From: Eledone cirrhosa
Lineage: Eukaryota
Direction of reading: 5' to 3'
Length of the DNA stretch: 64,000 nucleotides
NCBI GenBank assembly: GCA_964016885.1
Contig: OZ024740.1
Coordinates: 63,612,001-63,676,000, forward strand
Part shown: positions 42,041-57,321 of the stretch, in pieces
How the letters are laid out: the number at the start of each line of letters is the position of its first letter
How positions within the stretch are numbered: the stretch's first letter is position 1
Notes under the pieces: generated by a model
What the model was told of the DNA's origin: nothing
The model's database searches: none
What the model saw: the letters and a program-made list of their open reading frames with translations, nothing else
Translations under genes and position numbers: made by a program

Positions 42041-42474
42041 TGATTGCTGTAACGTTAAGTGTTCTCAGCTTGACCACCATATCAGCAGACCGCTTTATGG
42101 CAATCGTATTCCCGCTTCGTAGTAGAATGTCTTCTACAAAGGCCAGTATAGTCATCAGCATGATCTGGTTTATATCGATTAGCGTTGCTACCCCACAACT
42201 TTTCGTTCGCCACCAAACGGAATTTACCTGGGCTGACCGGCACGAGATTTACTGCGACGAAGTGTGGCCAACTGTATACATCAACTCAAAATGTGAAACT
42301 GACCAGCCTGTCCGCAAGATTTACTATATAATCTTTATACTTGTTCTGTATTTTATACCCATTATCGTGATGATAATCGCCTATTCAATCATAGTTTTGA
42401 CCTTAATGAAACGCAAAGCTCCCGGAGTTGCTATTTTGTCGACAACGCTCGCCCAAGAAAAGTCCAAGAGAAAG
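42041..42474 (+). CDS. GPCR coding exon 2 (TM3 with DRF, TM4, ECL2, TM5, ICL3)
   Basis: Acceptor TTTTGTAG; the phase-1 join gives FIQ-V-IAVTLSVLSLTTISADRFMAIVFPL; YCDEVWP; LYFIPIIVMIIAYS; donor AAG|GTAAGT (phase 0). Confidence 0.95.
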
Positions 42475-42789
42475 GTAAGTTTGGTGCTTCGGGATATAAA
42501 GTTTAGTGTTACTTATTTTCTATTGTTTAATGTTGTTTTACTCATTTACTGCGTTGTCCCTGTTCAATAGTTTGCAAGTTCTAGGTTATGTGGTTAGAGA
42601 ACAAAAAATAAAATCAGAGGGGAAAAAGTTACAGAAAAATTTACATTTTCGCCAAGAAAAAGGTTTAAACTGGAATTTAAATTGTTTCAGTGCTTTTTTT
42701 TAAAATACCTTTATAGGCATTAATTCCTACTATTTTAAATATAGGCTTTGTTGGAGTTTTCCGTCCTCACGTTGCATTGGTAGATCACG

Positions 42790-44360
<1,571 letters not shown>

Positions 44361-44628
44361 ATTAGAAAGTGAGGTTTTTTCACAAAATGAAAAATAACCG
44401 AGGTGTCCTACACGAGTGAAAGTATAAGGAAAAAAGATGAAATCGAAAATGCAACTGGAGTCTTTTTTTATAAAAATATATATTTATTTCGTTTTCGCAG
44501 TTCTTCTGCTTTTCAAAAGTAGAATTGAAATGGAGGGTTTGTGTATATATATATCCTGGATGTTAGTGGTTAATGATGTGAGGAGCAAAATAAGCGCAAC
44601 CGCAAGTCTGTATGACTTCTATTTGTTA

Positions 44629-45154
44629 CTAGCTGAGGTACCCGGTAATACCCGGGAGCGGGGGTATTCCTAGTTCCCATTAAAATGCCCAATGCCTCTC
44701 AGACCTAAAATGAAATCAAAATATAGGACAGATAATCAACAGCAAAGACACATTCATTTACGAAACAATAATACAAACAAATATTGTTGATTGCATTGGT
44801 CAGGCGAAAAAAATGTTTGTCAGAGAAGTTGAGTGTGTCTATAAGGAAAAAAATAGAACTCCCATTAGGGTGTCTTAATATTATTGAAATTTGCAGAAAT
44901 TTTGTGAATAGGCATAATATCTTGTCATTTACCTATAGTTTAAATTTCATATAAATCGAAGGGAAAAAAATAAGCAGGCATTTTCAGCGGGGTTTGAGCC
45001 CCCGGGGAATCCTTTGATTAAAATGAAATATACGTAAGAAATCAAATGGGCATGAGCCCCCCACACGTGTCAAGTTTCATCAATATCGGTTTGGTAGTTT
45101 GGGGGTTTTAGGTTCACAAACAAACAGACAGAAATTGCCATTTATGTATATAGA
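44629..45154 (-). mobile_element. Non-autonomous Helitron inserted at A|T
   Basis: Minus strand starts TCTATATACATAAATGG..TCTGTCTGTTTGTTTG and ends CCCGG-GTATTA-CCGGG-TACCTCAG-CTAG|T. Confidence 0.85.
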
Positions 45155-45876
45155 TATCTATGTAATACAAAAAGCAAATGTTTGCACATATAGTTTCATA
45201 GAATTTATATCATTTCTATAAAGACATGATGCTCATGACTGGAACATCTTTCATCAGAGATCAACTCTGACAGAACTGAAGCAGAGTGGGAGAAACAACT
45301 CTATCAACAACATTATATATATCAAACGCCGTCATACTGTACTAAGAGATATTTCAAGAAAACATTAGACAGAGCGCTTAGATGATAACAGACAGAAAAA
45401 AAACATTACTTGATATTTAAAAAGCAATACTGCACACAATAGAATTATTACACGGAAATATTGATCGATATAATCCAAAACTCAATACTTAGGAATACAT
45501 TCCAATGAGATACCGAAGATATAGCTGAATTTATTAACAATCCCAAATCCCAGAATCACTTAAAGGGTGGACAGGAGATACAATAACAGTGATATAATTC
45601 TTTACTTCAATTACATTAATTTCAAATGATCCTATCATCCCATATATATTTTAAAAGATCGGCAAGTTCACGGTGACCTGGAAATGTGAAATCCATTTTA
45701 AGAGATTGATATTCACAACAATGGGTGAAAGGAGGGGAATAACTAATAAAACTTTTAACATGGCCATGTGTTTAGTGATATATGTTTGAAGAAAAGTTAT
45801 TACCGACACACACACGTACATACACATACACACGCATATATATAAATGTATGTGTGTGTATGTGATTGAAAGTATC

Positions 45877-45930
<54 letters not shown>

Positions 45931-46713
45931 TACATCCATCCATACATACATACACAACCAACCCATTAACAGAGAAGGATGGACAGACAAATTGACTTTC
46001 TTCTCTGAAGGAACACGTATGTGAATATTAACTTTTCTTCCCCTCTCTATATTTTTTGTTTTGTTTTGTTATTATCATTATTTTCACTATTTGTACAAAT
46101 ATGCAACTGAACAATATTCTGCATATCCGCAATTGAAAATCTAAACTATAATAATGGGAGGAGTGCGGGACAGCGTCCAGAATATATTTTTTTATCCCGT
46201 TTGTAAAATAAGTTAGATTACTTTGAATAAATAATGAATGAATATTACATAATTTACCTACTAAATTTCGTTATTCTTAAATAAAATATAAATAATTTTG
46301 TCACTTATTTTAAGATTCACTTCTTTAAAAGTTTCAAATGTCAACACTTCCGATTAGCGATCGCTTAAATAAACAGTCGTATATTTCCGTCAATGGATTA
46401 CGCTACTGATTACATAAGACAGTGTAACGCAGTCTTCGTTCAATTTCTGTGTATATTGTCAATTACGATTTTATTTGATGTATCATATCTACATGTATAT
46501 ATACTTACGTATAATATCAATATGTTCACTACACACCCGAAGTGTGGTTTTTCTGCAATTGCATTTAATACTGAAACCGGTATTGTAAATAAATTAATGC
46601 TTTGAAATTTCACTAAAAATATCTCTTGAACATTTTCTACTGAAAAAATATTTTTCCTTTTTCTATTTGCTTTTATATTTATATATATCAACTCGTGTGT
46701 TACCTTTCTACAT

Positions 46714-46778
<65 letters not shown>

Positions 46779-46839
46779 GAAGTATTTCCGTCGGAAATGT
46801 ACAGGAAAAAAGAGTGCTCTATGTAGGCTACAGAGGTTA

Positions 46840-47072
46840 TTAGTTATGTAATAAACAACATAAGATAATTATTTCATTTACCAGTGGTTTCTTGAAGGCA
46901 GATATTTATATGTCTTCAGTCATCAGAATGAATAAATGACATTTAATAAATGACATTTAATAAAAACACCATGTCATTTATTCATTCAAACGACTGGAGA
47001 CAGATGTAAATATCTGCCTTCAAGAAACCACTGGTAAATGAAATAATTATCTTATGTTGTTTATTACATAAC

Positions 47073-47075
<3 letters not shown>
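46840..47075. mobile_element. Fold-back PLE-type terminus with hammerhead (46873-46932, minus) and a core-mutated mirror copy
   Basis: Minus strand ttcatt-CTGATGA-ctgaag..cttcaa-GAAAC-cactg-GTA-aatgaa; inverted arms of about 100 bp between (TA)n tracts. A related copy lies at about 62160-62340. Confidence 0.75.
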
Positions 47076-47106
<31 letters not shown>

Positions 47107-47447
47107 CTGTATATATATATATATTTATATATATTACGGATCGATAGGATACTATAATGCTTAATAGCATTATAGATCTTCTTGAACCGGCCGCTCACGG
47201 ACCTGCTCAATAATAACAGGGAAAATTTTATTTAAAGTAAACTCATTTTGATGAAGCTGTGAATTGACATTACCGAAACAAAATATACATGGTCGATCAA
47301 TAAATTTAGCACTGAAACGTTAAAAACATTACCACTCACCTGTACCACCTGTTTTTGACTTTGCCAAAACTATTAATTACATTTAATAAAGATTGCTAAT
47401 TAACAGTTTATTATTATGTAACTTATGATGGAACTTATGATGTAACT

Positions 47448-47627
47448 AACGGTGGGTTGGTGGAATCGGTAGAGCGTTGGACAACATGCTTAGCTGCATA
47501 GAATTACGGCCCTTTATATTCTGAGTTCAATTCCCGCCGAGGTTAGCTTTGCCTTTCATCCTTACGGGGTCGATTTAATTGACTTTCCCTCCCCAAAACA
47601 GCTGGCCTTGTGCCTATAATAGAAATC
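47448..47627 (+). mobile_element. SINE (major family) with TSD TTATGATGTAACT
   Basis: A and B boxes, conserved body, duplicated flank. Confidence 0.85.
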
Positions 47628-48393
47628 ATTATGATGTAACTTAGGACTAGTAGAATCTCATCAGCGGACATTTGTAAGTAAATAGAGCATAACGCCCACT
47701 GTTGGCGATTACGTGTGTGCTCGGGAAGGAGACTATTCTAATGATACAATATTAAGACAGTCAATGTTGCCGCTTGACTTGAGAAACAGTGGGGAAATTT
47801 AAAATTTAACCATCACAACATAATTGACTATAACAATTGTTGGTAAAGATAAATAACAATTAAAGAAAGTCTGGAGACGGACAAAAATAGGTAGAGACGC
47901 CTGAGGAGAGTCTAATAACGCTAAGTTTTCATTTACCACAACCACCACAGCCACCAACTGCAGTTTTCAGAATATCATATGTATGTACAGTATGTGTGTT
48001 TATGTAAATAATATTTATAAGTAAATGGCATTCTCTTTCTTTTGTCTCTTATCGTTGCTATTTCCCCTTTCATTAACACACACTTAATGGCCTTCTTTTT
48101 TGTTTAACCTCATAACAGTACTACTTTTCCCTTCCATCAACACACAAGTAAATGACGTTCTTTTTCTTTTGCTTCACACCGTTACTATCCTATCCCTTCA
48201 ACATTCTTCCCACACAAGTCTCTTTCTCTGTTTCTCTCTCTTACCATTCTTTCATCCCCGTCACATGAGTACAAGCATAATCATTCTATGAGAAGTGCTT
48301 TGAGTTATATAGAACAAACGTGAAACATCACTGAAATAAATAACTCAATGTGAAAAGTAAAGCGAATTATTTATTCTAATTTATAAAGTGTTG

Positions 48394-48432
48394 CAGTAAT
48401 TTACATTTCGCCATAAACGGCTTTTCAAACTG
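48394..48432 (-). ncRNA. Type I minimal hammerhead motif, U3:A8 core variant
   Basis: Minus strand: cagt-TTGAAAA-gcc(gtttat)ggc-GAAAT-gtaa-ATT-actg, AATAAA downstream. Confidence 0.65.
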
Positions 48433-49626
48433 TATAAAAAATATATAAGTTACATTTAACTGAGGAAGAATCGCAGTATGAGTCCAGCGAAAGTAATAGC
48501 CTAGTGGTTGAAATGGAAAAATGAAATTTACATCTCACATCAATATGCAAGTTTAGCTAGCCCTCTACGAGGTTCCAAATGATAGGGGTTGCAGGTCTAT
48601 CATGAAAAGTAATGCGAAATAAAGCGTCTTGCTCAAGAACAGAAATCGCCGCTCGAGCCAGGAATTGAATTTACAGTCTTATGATTAAGAATCTGACACC
48701 CTAACCATTAGTCCACGCGACTCTATGTTAGAAGTTGAGATACAGTGCATTATATTAATTTCTACAGCAGCGGGAAGATTAACTGTGGAGTTTTAGATGA
48801 TAATTATGGATTAAAGGACGTTTGCTTTAGTTTATTTCAAAGGTAAAAATATATAAATACTAAATTAAATATAATTCTGTTAGAACAATTTATAAATTTG
48901 CATTATGATTTATTAAACGTTATACTAATTACTTAAATTTATTCTCCTCGGGGAGAATAATCTTAATGTCATCTTTAAAATTATTATAAAGTAGCAATAA
49001 CTTAATACTTTGATCAAATGAAATAAAACAATATTTGTTGTGAGAGAAATACATTTTATAGTATGTTGTGTTTTTTTTTTTAAGTATCAATATATTATAT
49101 ATGATTACAATATGAATTAAGCTACATTAAGAGGTCTGAGAATGTATTAAAAGTTAGTATTCGGCATAATAAGGAATTGAGATTTATAAACTAAAATAGA
49201 TAGATGTAAATAGGAAATTTGGTACAAATATTAGATTACTGATAATTTTATTGTAATAATACATATTAAGACAGGTTACAACTTTCAAATACATAAAAAT
49301 ATACAAAAGATATGGTTAATAAATAACATTCTTTAAATGTCAGTTTAATAGATCATAAGTTTTAGAATCTGGTACTGAGAAAACGTACGCCCTCTAGTTT
49401 AGACAAACGATACTAAAAGGTCTGATTACAGCATATCTAATTTTAAACGTGCTATACTTCCTGCCGCAATCAACTTCTCATCAAGAATACAGACTTATGA
49501 ATTATCTTACATGCTTATAAACATCAATGATTATTTTTTGATAATTCTTTCATATTAATGTGCCTGTTCCTGTTAGTATGGGATCTAAAGACTCAGCAGA
49601 GATCAGCGACATAATTGGCCAGTATA

Positions 49627-49675
<49 letters not shown>

Positions 49676-49680
<5 letters not shown>

Positions 49681-50815
49681 AACGTGTAGGACCCCGACGG
49701 CTGAGCTCAAGCCGTTTCGACGGCTAATTCTGGACTAAATGAACATTTTTATCCTGGTATATGAATAGCCGAGCTTCTCAGGGATAATTCCATATATGGT
49801 AAAAGTGTTTGTCACAAGGATTGGTCAAAAGTTTGTTGTCGAGACACATAATTCTATCATGGCAATTTGTGGAAGGAAGGGGTAGCTGAACCTGCCAGTA
49901 GAAGAAAGAGGGAGAGGGGTGGAGGAAACCCAGTCGTGCGTTGATAGTGCCAACTACAGCAGGGCAGGAGGTCAAGGAAGTATACTAGGGAGGGGGAGGG
50001 GGAGGAAGTCGAAACAATAAGTAAAACAATATGGGGTAAATATATAGAAAAATACCGAGAATGTTAAAAAAACAATTAAATATTTAAAAAAAACAAAAAA
50101 AAACAATTTCTGGTTTCTATAACCTAAGGACAGCTATCAAGTCTCTCACTGGCACTGCTAGACTAAAGAAAGGTTTACTAGGTGGGACGGAATTATAATG
50201 AGACCCTTTTAAGAGGTAGTAGCAATCAACCGGGTATATTTTACGGTGACGGGTCAACAAGTGGGGGGCCAAAATACTAAAGAAACTACCACGAAATAAT
50301 AATTCAGAGTCCCGAGACTAATACGAAATAAAGGTTTCTACCCTAGGCACAAGGTCAGCAACCACCCAGTGCAAAAAATAAACTAATACGAAATAATAAT
50401 TCAGAATCCCGAAAAAGAATACTAATACTATCTCTAAGGGTGCCGCTACGATACAAAAATTCTAGAGCAAACTACATAAATGCTCGTACGAGGTATAAGA
50501 AAAATTTGATACGGAAAATTAATTCAGAATCCCCCCCCCCCCCCCCCCCCCCCCCAAAAAAATGATGTGTCTCAACAACAAACTTTTGACCAATCCTTGG
50601 GACAATCACTTTTACCATATATGTAATTACCCCCTGAGAAGCTCGGCTATTCATATACCAGGATAAAAATGTTCATTTAGTCCAGAATTAGCCGTCGAAA
50701 CGGCTTGAGCTCAGCCGTCGGGGTCCTACTCGTTCCTATTACCCACTCTACTACCCTAAGTATTGAGTACTTTGGTGCTTTATGGTCCACCTGGTTCCTT
50801 ACCACATTTCCTTCG

Positions 50816-50875
<60 letters not shown>

Positions 50876-51010
50876 CGAAGGAAATGTGGTAAGGAACCAG
50901 GTGGACCATAACGCACCAAAGTACTCAAGGGTACTTTGGGTAGTAGAGTGGGTAATAGGAACGAGTAGGACCCCGACGGCTGAGCTCAAGCCGTCGGGGT
51001 CTTACTTGTT

Positions 51011-51015
<5 letters not shown>
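49676..51015. mobile_element. Cluster of inverted Naiad-like PLE terminal repeats in (TA)n; hammerhead motifs at 49692-49783 (-) and 50630-50723 (+)
   Basis: Same terminal sequence as 43760-44040; cccc-CTGAGAA-gctcggcta..tagccgtc-GAAAC-ggc(ttgagctca)gcc-GTC-gggg. Further copies at about 61318-61680. Confidence 0.75.
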
Positions 51016-51070
<55 letters not shown>

Positions 51071-51307
51071 AAAGAATAGAGGTGTAACACACGAGTTATG
51101 ATATATTGGTAAAAGGAAAAGAAAATGCTGACAAATTGTTCCCAGTGAAAAATAGTTTAATTAGGAATAAGTAAAAATTAGTAATAGTATTGGTTAGTAT
51201 TCAGTTTTGGTTTTAAGTTTTACCGATTGCGCATTTCTAATGCTTTTCAAAAATAATTTTGAGATAGAGCGCCCGTGATGTTTGCTCTAATGTTATATAT
51301 ATATATA

Positions 51308-51400
<93 letters not shown>

Positions 51401-51404
<4 letters not shown>

Positions 51405-51785
51405 GCAATATACTGTATGCTTAATTAAAAATATTTTGAAGACCCTGCGCTATTATTTTAAAGTAGTGACTATGTCACTTCTTTTTTTCAACAAACGAAG
51501 GGAGATAAGCTGACAGATCTGTTTCACACTTTTGGTGATCATCAGAGCTTGGCACTCGCCGACCTTTGTTGAAAATTATAGAGGCTGGATTCTTATAGAA
51601 TTCCAGTAATAATCAGGAACTTATTATACAGAGCGATTGCCGGTCCAGCAAAAATTGAAAATTAGGATTGGTGCTCTGAAATAGCGTTGAAAAAAGAAGT
51701 AAGTGACATAGTCAGTACTTTAAAATAATAGCGCAAGGTCTTCAAAATGTTTTTAATTATGCATACAGTATATTGCCAAATATAG
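51401..51785. mobile_element. Fold-back element in (TA)n with hammerhead at 51507-51550 (-)
   Basis: About 90-bp inverted arms; minus strand aagct-CTGATGA-tcac(caaaa)gtgt-GAAAC-agatct-GTC-agctt. Confidence 0.78.
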
Positions 51786-51828
51786 TATACATATATTCAT
51801 GTATACATCGCTATTTCAGAGCACCAAT

Positions 51829-51899
<71 letters not shown>

Positions 51900-51900
<1 letters not shown>

Positions 51901-52504
51901 ACTGTAATCTGAGTTTTTCGAATATTAATAATATTCGATTTGTTTGTAATTATGCAAATAGCCTCTTTAAGCCATGACAGTAGAATGACCCCGTCATTCT
52001 TGCTCTTTTGTTGAGATATAAACAGAACTAATGTTTCTGGGTGATTACCCTTCATCAGTACCGTATACTGCTTACCATTTATTCATTTATTGTTGATAAC
52101 TGTCAGAGCTAGTGAAAATATATGATCTTTTCTTAAATATACAGTGTCTTATTGGCCTGATTTTCATATTAGCACAATGCCTGATCAATCAGATCTGCAT
52201 ATTATCAGACCCACTGATCAGCCTGATTTGCATATCAGCAGACTGGCCAGTCAGTTTCTTGTATACGACCGCTTAATGACCGGCTTTGCCATATTCAAAT
52301 AACTAACAAATAGTTTTATCGCTTTACATGGCCGAATACAATAAATATAATCTGAGTTTTTCGAATATTAATAATATTTGATTTATTTGCAATTAAAGAG
52401 GTTGTTTGCATAATTGCAAACAAATTGAATATTATTAATAATCGAAAAACTCAGATTACATTTATTGTATTCAGCCATGTAGAACGATAATACTATTTGT
52501 TATC

Positions 52505-52505
<1 letters not shown>
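51900..52505. mobile_element. Fold-back element with palindrome at about 52305-52502 and imperfect hammerhead at 52021-52064 (-)
   Basis: Minus strand CTGATGA-agggt(aatc)accca-GAAAC-atta-GTT with a weak stem I; inverted copies of AATCTGAGTTTTTCGAATATTAATAATATT. Confidence 0.6.
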
Positions 52506-52535
<30 letters not shown>

Positions 52536-53065
52536 CAATAAAAAGCCTTGTCATCCATGTCACTTCTCTCCCTAAATTTATTTCATCCCTAGTATTTTAT
52601 CTTATCATATCATTTTAACTTCTAATATAACATACAACTAATTAATCAAATAATTAATTAATTATATAATTAATTTATTAAAATAACCAATACACACATA
52701 AATATATTTAACATTATCATATTTATACCTTCGCATCTCTCTATATTTTAACCACTTTCAATAATCTTTATGTTTAAATTTCTTCGCACATTTTACTTAT
52801 TTATTTTCATATTTTCATATTTTCATATCTCATATTTTGTATCATTTTGTATCATACTCGATATAATTTGTTTAGTTATTCATTTATTTATTTATTTGCA
52901 TTTATTCATGTATTAACATTTATGCATGTATTAACATTTATTCATTTATTGTTGATATCATTTTTTTCTCTTACGTCATTTCTCCTCTATCCTTTTCTAT
53001 TCTCTTTCTATCCTCCTTTCTCTACATCTTTTTCTCTATATATATCTTTCTGTTTTCATTTCTCC

Positions 53066-53095
53066 TTTTTATTTTTATTTTTATTTTTATTTTTA

Positions 53096-53126
<31 letters not shown>

Positions 53127-53325
53127 TTTATTTTTATTTTTATTTTTATTTTTATTTTTATTTTTATTTTTATTTTTATTTTTATTTTTATTTTTATTTT
53201 TATTTTTATTTTTATTTTTATTTTTATTTTTATTTTTATTTTTATTTTTATTTTTATTTTTATTTTTATTTTTATTTTTATTTTTATTTTTATTTTTATT
53301 TTTATTTTTTTTTTATTTTTATTTT
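53066..53325. repeat. (TTTTTA)n hexanucleotide array
   Basis: Read directly. Confidence 0.95.
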
Positions 53326-53515
53326 TATTTATTTATTTATTTATTTATTTTTTTTTTTATTTTTTTTTTTTTATTTTTTATTTTTTTTTTTCCTTTTTCT
53401 TTCTTTCCTTTATTTATCTCTCTTTCTTTTGTTCTCTCCCTATCTTTATTACTAATATTATTATTGATGCTGTAATTTGAATTTGTAGATTTGCCGGTTA
53501 TATATATTTTTTATA

Positions 53516-53618
53516 ACAGTTTCTGATGACATGATTCAGTTAGCATCATATTTAAAATTGAGTGGCACTGTTCAGCAATTTTTAGACAACTCAATCAGAG
53601 AAACAATTGTTAGACTGT
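53516..53618 (+). ncRNA. Type I hammerhead motif with extended stem II region
   Basis: acagttt-CTGATGA-..-GAAAC-aatt-GTT-agactgt, then AATAAA; stem II pairing is unclear. Confidence 0.55.
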
Positions 53619-53956
53619 AAATAAATTCCCTTATTTTATACTGTTGACCATGTTATTCTTCACATTTTTTTCAATTTTATTATTATTATTATATATATAT
53701 ATATTATTATATATATATATATGTAAAACATAAACAGAATATATATATATAAACAAGAAGTGTAAGTCAACAGGTTAAAATTAACTTCGTTTATTCCTAT
53801 TCGCTGCTATATATATTTCGGTGATAAGCATTAAACAGCTATGACCCCATCAGGCACTTAAAACTTGAACAGAAAAAAACAGGAAAACATGATGTTGGAA
53901 TTGGTTTTACCTTGTTAATTCGTTGATATGTTCAAATCCAGAGCGTGGGGTTAATC

Positions 53957-54007
<51 letters not shown>

Positions 54008-54167
54008 CAGAGAGAGAGATTTGTGTGTTTGTGTGTGTTTGTGTGTGTTTGTGTGTGTATGTATGTGCGCTCGTGTGTGTGTGTGTATGCGTGCATGTGT
54101 GTGCGTATAAATTGCTGCTATTCTGACTAAATTAAGAACCGTTATATCCTAACTTCTTTCTTTGCAG

Positions 54168-54266
54168 GTTATAAAGATGCTGATCGTCGTTTTAATTGTT
54201 TTCATCCTTTGTTGGTCACCTCAACAAATACTGTTGCTATGGGGTCTCTTCCGCTCTAAGAAACAA
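54168..54266 (+). CDS. GPCR coding exon 3 (TM6); too short for the ORF track
   Basis: Acceptor TTCTTTGCAG; VIKMLIVVLIVFILCWSPQQILLLWGLFRSKKQ contains CWxP; donor CAA|GTTAGT (phase 0). Confidence 0.92.
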
Positions 54267-55176
54267 GTTAGTATTTCTATTTACATATCTCTAATTGTTG
54301 ATTAAACTTTTATAATGACAATGTTGTACTTACATGCTTTCATTATTGTAACGTTTTTTTTGTTACTTTTGCATTTAGAATACAGTAAACACCTGAATTA
54401 CTTGGACGATGATAAATAAAATGGATAAAATATAGAATGCGTTGGTGTATCTCAAACAAAATGTTTTTATATTATAGGTTTTGTAGTTATTGAGGGGGGG
54501 AGATAAAGTGAAATAAAGTAGAAATCAAGTAAAGTAAGAAAAAATAAAAAGAGAGGTATAAAACTTGTTTAAAACGCTGTAAGTTTTACATTTTATTGCT
54601 TTCGTAGGTGAAGGGATGTATGGGTAAGAATTGGGGAAGATTGGGGCGTGGGGAGGTAGAAGCATACGGAATAGTCCTGTCAGATTAATGGGGGAAGTGG
54701 AAGTGGTAAGGAAGAAATAAGATGAGGTACAATACAATAAGATGAATAAAATGGATTTTGATACCATGAATAGACAGATACCTGCGGACTAAGAGCCGTA
54801 TTCTGGGGCTGGTAGTGGTAAGTTGTGAGATTTTTCGGAATTACAATCCTTCGCCAGACTTATATTCGGTGTTTCTATTTCACGACTTGGCAAATATTTT
54901 ACCGACCAGAGTCTTAGGAAACGTGTTTCCACGAGTCCAAGTCACTCCGACGGTTTAAGGAAAGCCCAACCTTCCTAATGAAATGTGCTTCTACAGTACG
55001 GAGGTCTACCACATCTCTGTGATATGCGAGTATTTTTCTTGTGATAGCTCTTCCATATACTTCTTTATGTTAGAACACTTAGCTTGGAGTGTTTTATGGA
55101 GCCGATGTAGTTATCTCCGAATGCACATATATACATATAAATGTGTGTGTGTATGTATGTGTGTGTGTGTGTGTGT

Positions 55177-55350
<174 letters not shown>

Positions 55351-55561
55351 GTGTGCGCGTGTGTGTGTGTGTGCGCGTGTCTGTGTGTCTGTGTGTGTAT
55401 GTGTGTCTGTGTGTGTATGTGTTGTGTAAGCATGTCTTAATATTGTCCTAATCAATTTCTCATCAGCACGCTGAAAACTGTAACTCTACCGAAATGTAAG
55501 TTTGGTCAGTTTAATGCCCAGTATGTACATTCATACATACATACATACATAATTACATACA

Positions 55562-55760
55562 TACAAAGCATATAACTCAAAATATACACATCCACACATA
55601 CAATAACATCCATACCTGCACACACATGCATGCATGCAGACATGCATACATATCTACCTAGTTGATGTGTAAATTCCAATGAGAGGGTCTTGTATCTATG
55701 TTAGAAACCGACGCTCTCTTTTGGTAAAAACATTTGTGAAATTATAAAACCAGAAGAACA
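55562..55760 (+). mobile_element. 3' UTR-only copy of the R4/Dong family in (CATA)n
   Basis: Matches about 19410-19620 (..GTTAGAAACCGAC..AATTATAAAACCAGAA). Another diverged copy lies at about 57600-57850, also after (CATA)n. Confidence 0.8.
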
Positions 55761-55862
55761 TACACACATATATATATTTATATATGTATGATTAAATCAA
55801 CATATGTTGATTTAAAACTTCACTATTCACAAGTGTTTTTTAAGCTTCATATCATGTATCCC

Positions 55863-55933
55863 TATTTTATCTGATGAAAACGCAGATATCACCCCATGAT
55901 GATATTTGTTTTTGAAATGCGCATAATAAAATA
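55863..55933 (+). ncRNA. Type I hammerhead motif
   Basis: tattttat-CTGATGA-aaacgcagatatc(accccatgat)gatatttgttttt-GAAAT-gcgc-ATA-ataaaata; between (TA)-rich tracts. Confidence 0.8.
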
Positions 55934-55995
55934 CTTGGAACTCTTTTAACCATCTTTTGATCTTATATTATATATATATACATATATATATATAT

Positions 55996-56066
<71 letters not shown>

Positions 56067-56594
56067 TGTGACTGTGTGTATATACAAGTATATTAATATA
56101 TGTGTACATAGACAGATAGTTGTAATTGCTTGTTTTATAGTTTTGTGTACTGAAATACATACACTCAATCTACATATATTCCACCCGAACTATGTACCTG
56201 TAATTAAGGTACTTGGATATATAACTAACTGCCTCTGAAACAATCTTCAAAAACTGACCTTCACAAAATCAAAAAGAAAATGGCTGATTAAAAAATTACA
56301 ACTATAGCCATTAATGGACCGGATAAGATACGTAATACTTCCAGATTTTTAGCCAGTAATAAGTATATATGTGGACGTATATATACTTATTACGTCCATG
56401 GCATCGACAGGACTTCAATATGGGACGCAGCAGGCACATACATACGAGTTCATGTATTCATACATAACAATCAAACACATGCATGTATGCTAAAAACCTT
56501 GACATGAGTGTGAGCCCATTTACACGTACACTAATACCTAAAAGATAATCACACAAATTAACATGTAAACATGCACTCAAATATATGCAAGAAC

Positions 56595-56760
56595 GGATCG
56601 TCAGCAGTCCGTCTGAGGAAGGAGCCCCGCGAGGTGGGGGTGGCTGTTGCAGCGAGTGTTGCTGGATATTGTCGGCGGGAATGATTTTGTGGTCTTGTCC
56701 GCGGGGCGCAGCCCCAATATCCCCACGCTCTAGGCCCAGAGCCCAATCACCCTCCCTCTT
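56595..56760 (+). mobile_element. Diverged CRE-clade 3' fragment
   Basis: With one frameshift it reads RKEPREVG/WLLQRVLLDIVGGNDFVVLSAG; a GC-rich island in an AT-rich intron. Confidence 0.6.
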
Positions 56761-57147
56761 CCCCCTCCTCATTATTTTGTGACACTAGAGCCCTTGCCTT
56801 TCCATGCCTTTTCATCTTCATAACCACTTCTGTATTCAATCTAACTCTACTCTCTATAGTGAATACTGTTTTTATTTGCCTATATAAAAACACATTTGCA
56901 TATTCAAGCATTTCTAGAATTGTCTTCGCTCAACCTATGAAGATGTGTAACTAACTTGTATCAAATCTCTAAGAAAACACACATGTCAAGCATATTTTAT
57001 GTTCTTTCTCGACTAAATATATTCTTCTGGCTTTGTTTTGTTTTTGTTTTTTTTTGTTTTTTTTATATATGAATGACTAATAATTAAATGTTTAATTTTT
57101 CTCCTTGATAATTTCTTTTACACGATGCGTTTGTTTTTTTCTTCCAG

Positions 57148-57321
57148 TTCCCTGCTTACCTTGAAACTGTGCGCTTTGTAGCATTGTACGTGGCCTACCT
57201 AAACAGCTCTTTAAATCCAATACTCTACTGTGGTTTCAATGAAAACTTCCGAAAAGGTTTCATAGATGCTTTTTGTTGCAATATCTCCAAGAAAGCTTTG
57301 CGTATTTTTCCGAGTAAGTAA
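57148..57321 (+). CDS. GPCR coding exon 4 (TM7, helix 8, C-tail)
   Basis: Acceptor TTTCTTCCAG; FPAYLETVRFVALYVAYLNSSLNPILYCGFNENFRKGFIDAFCC contains NPxxY. It ends either at TAA 57319-57321 (362 aa total) or at donor A|GTAAGT after 57313. Helix 8 resembles the NPFF/SIFamide/QRFP-type receptors; the ligand cannot be assigned. Confidence 0.92.
   Translation, partial: FPAYLETVRFVALYVAYLNSSLNPILYCGFNENFRKGFIDAFCCNISKKALRIFPSK

Noticed and set aside
45200-45262. Minus-strand CTGATGA...GAAAT-gat-ATA motif
   Set aside because: Stem I does not pair convincingly; at best a decayed hammerhead.
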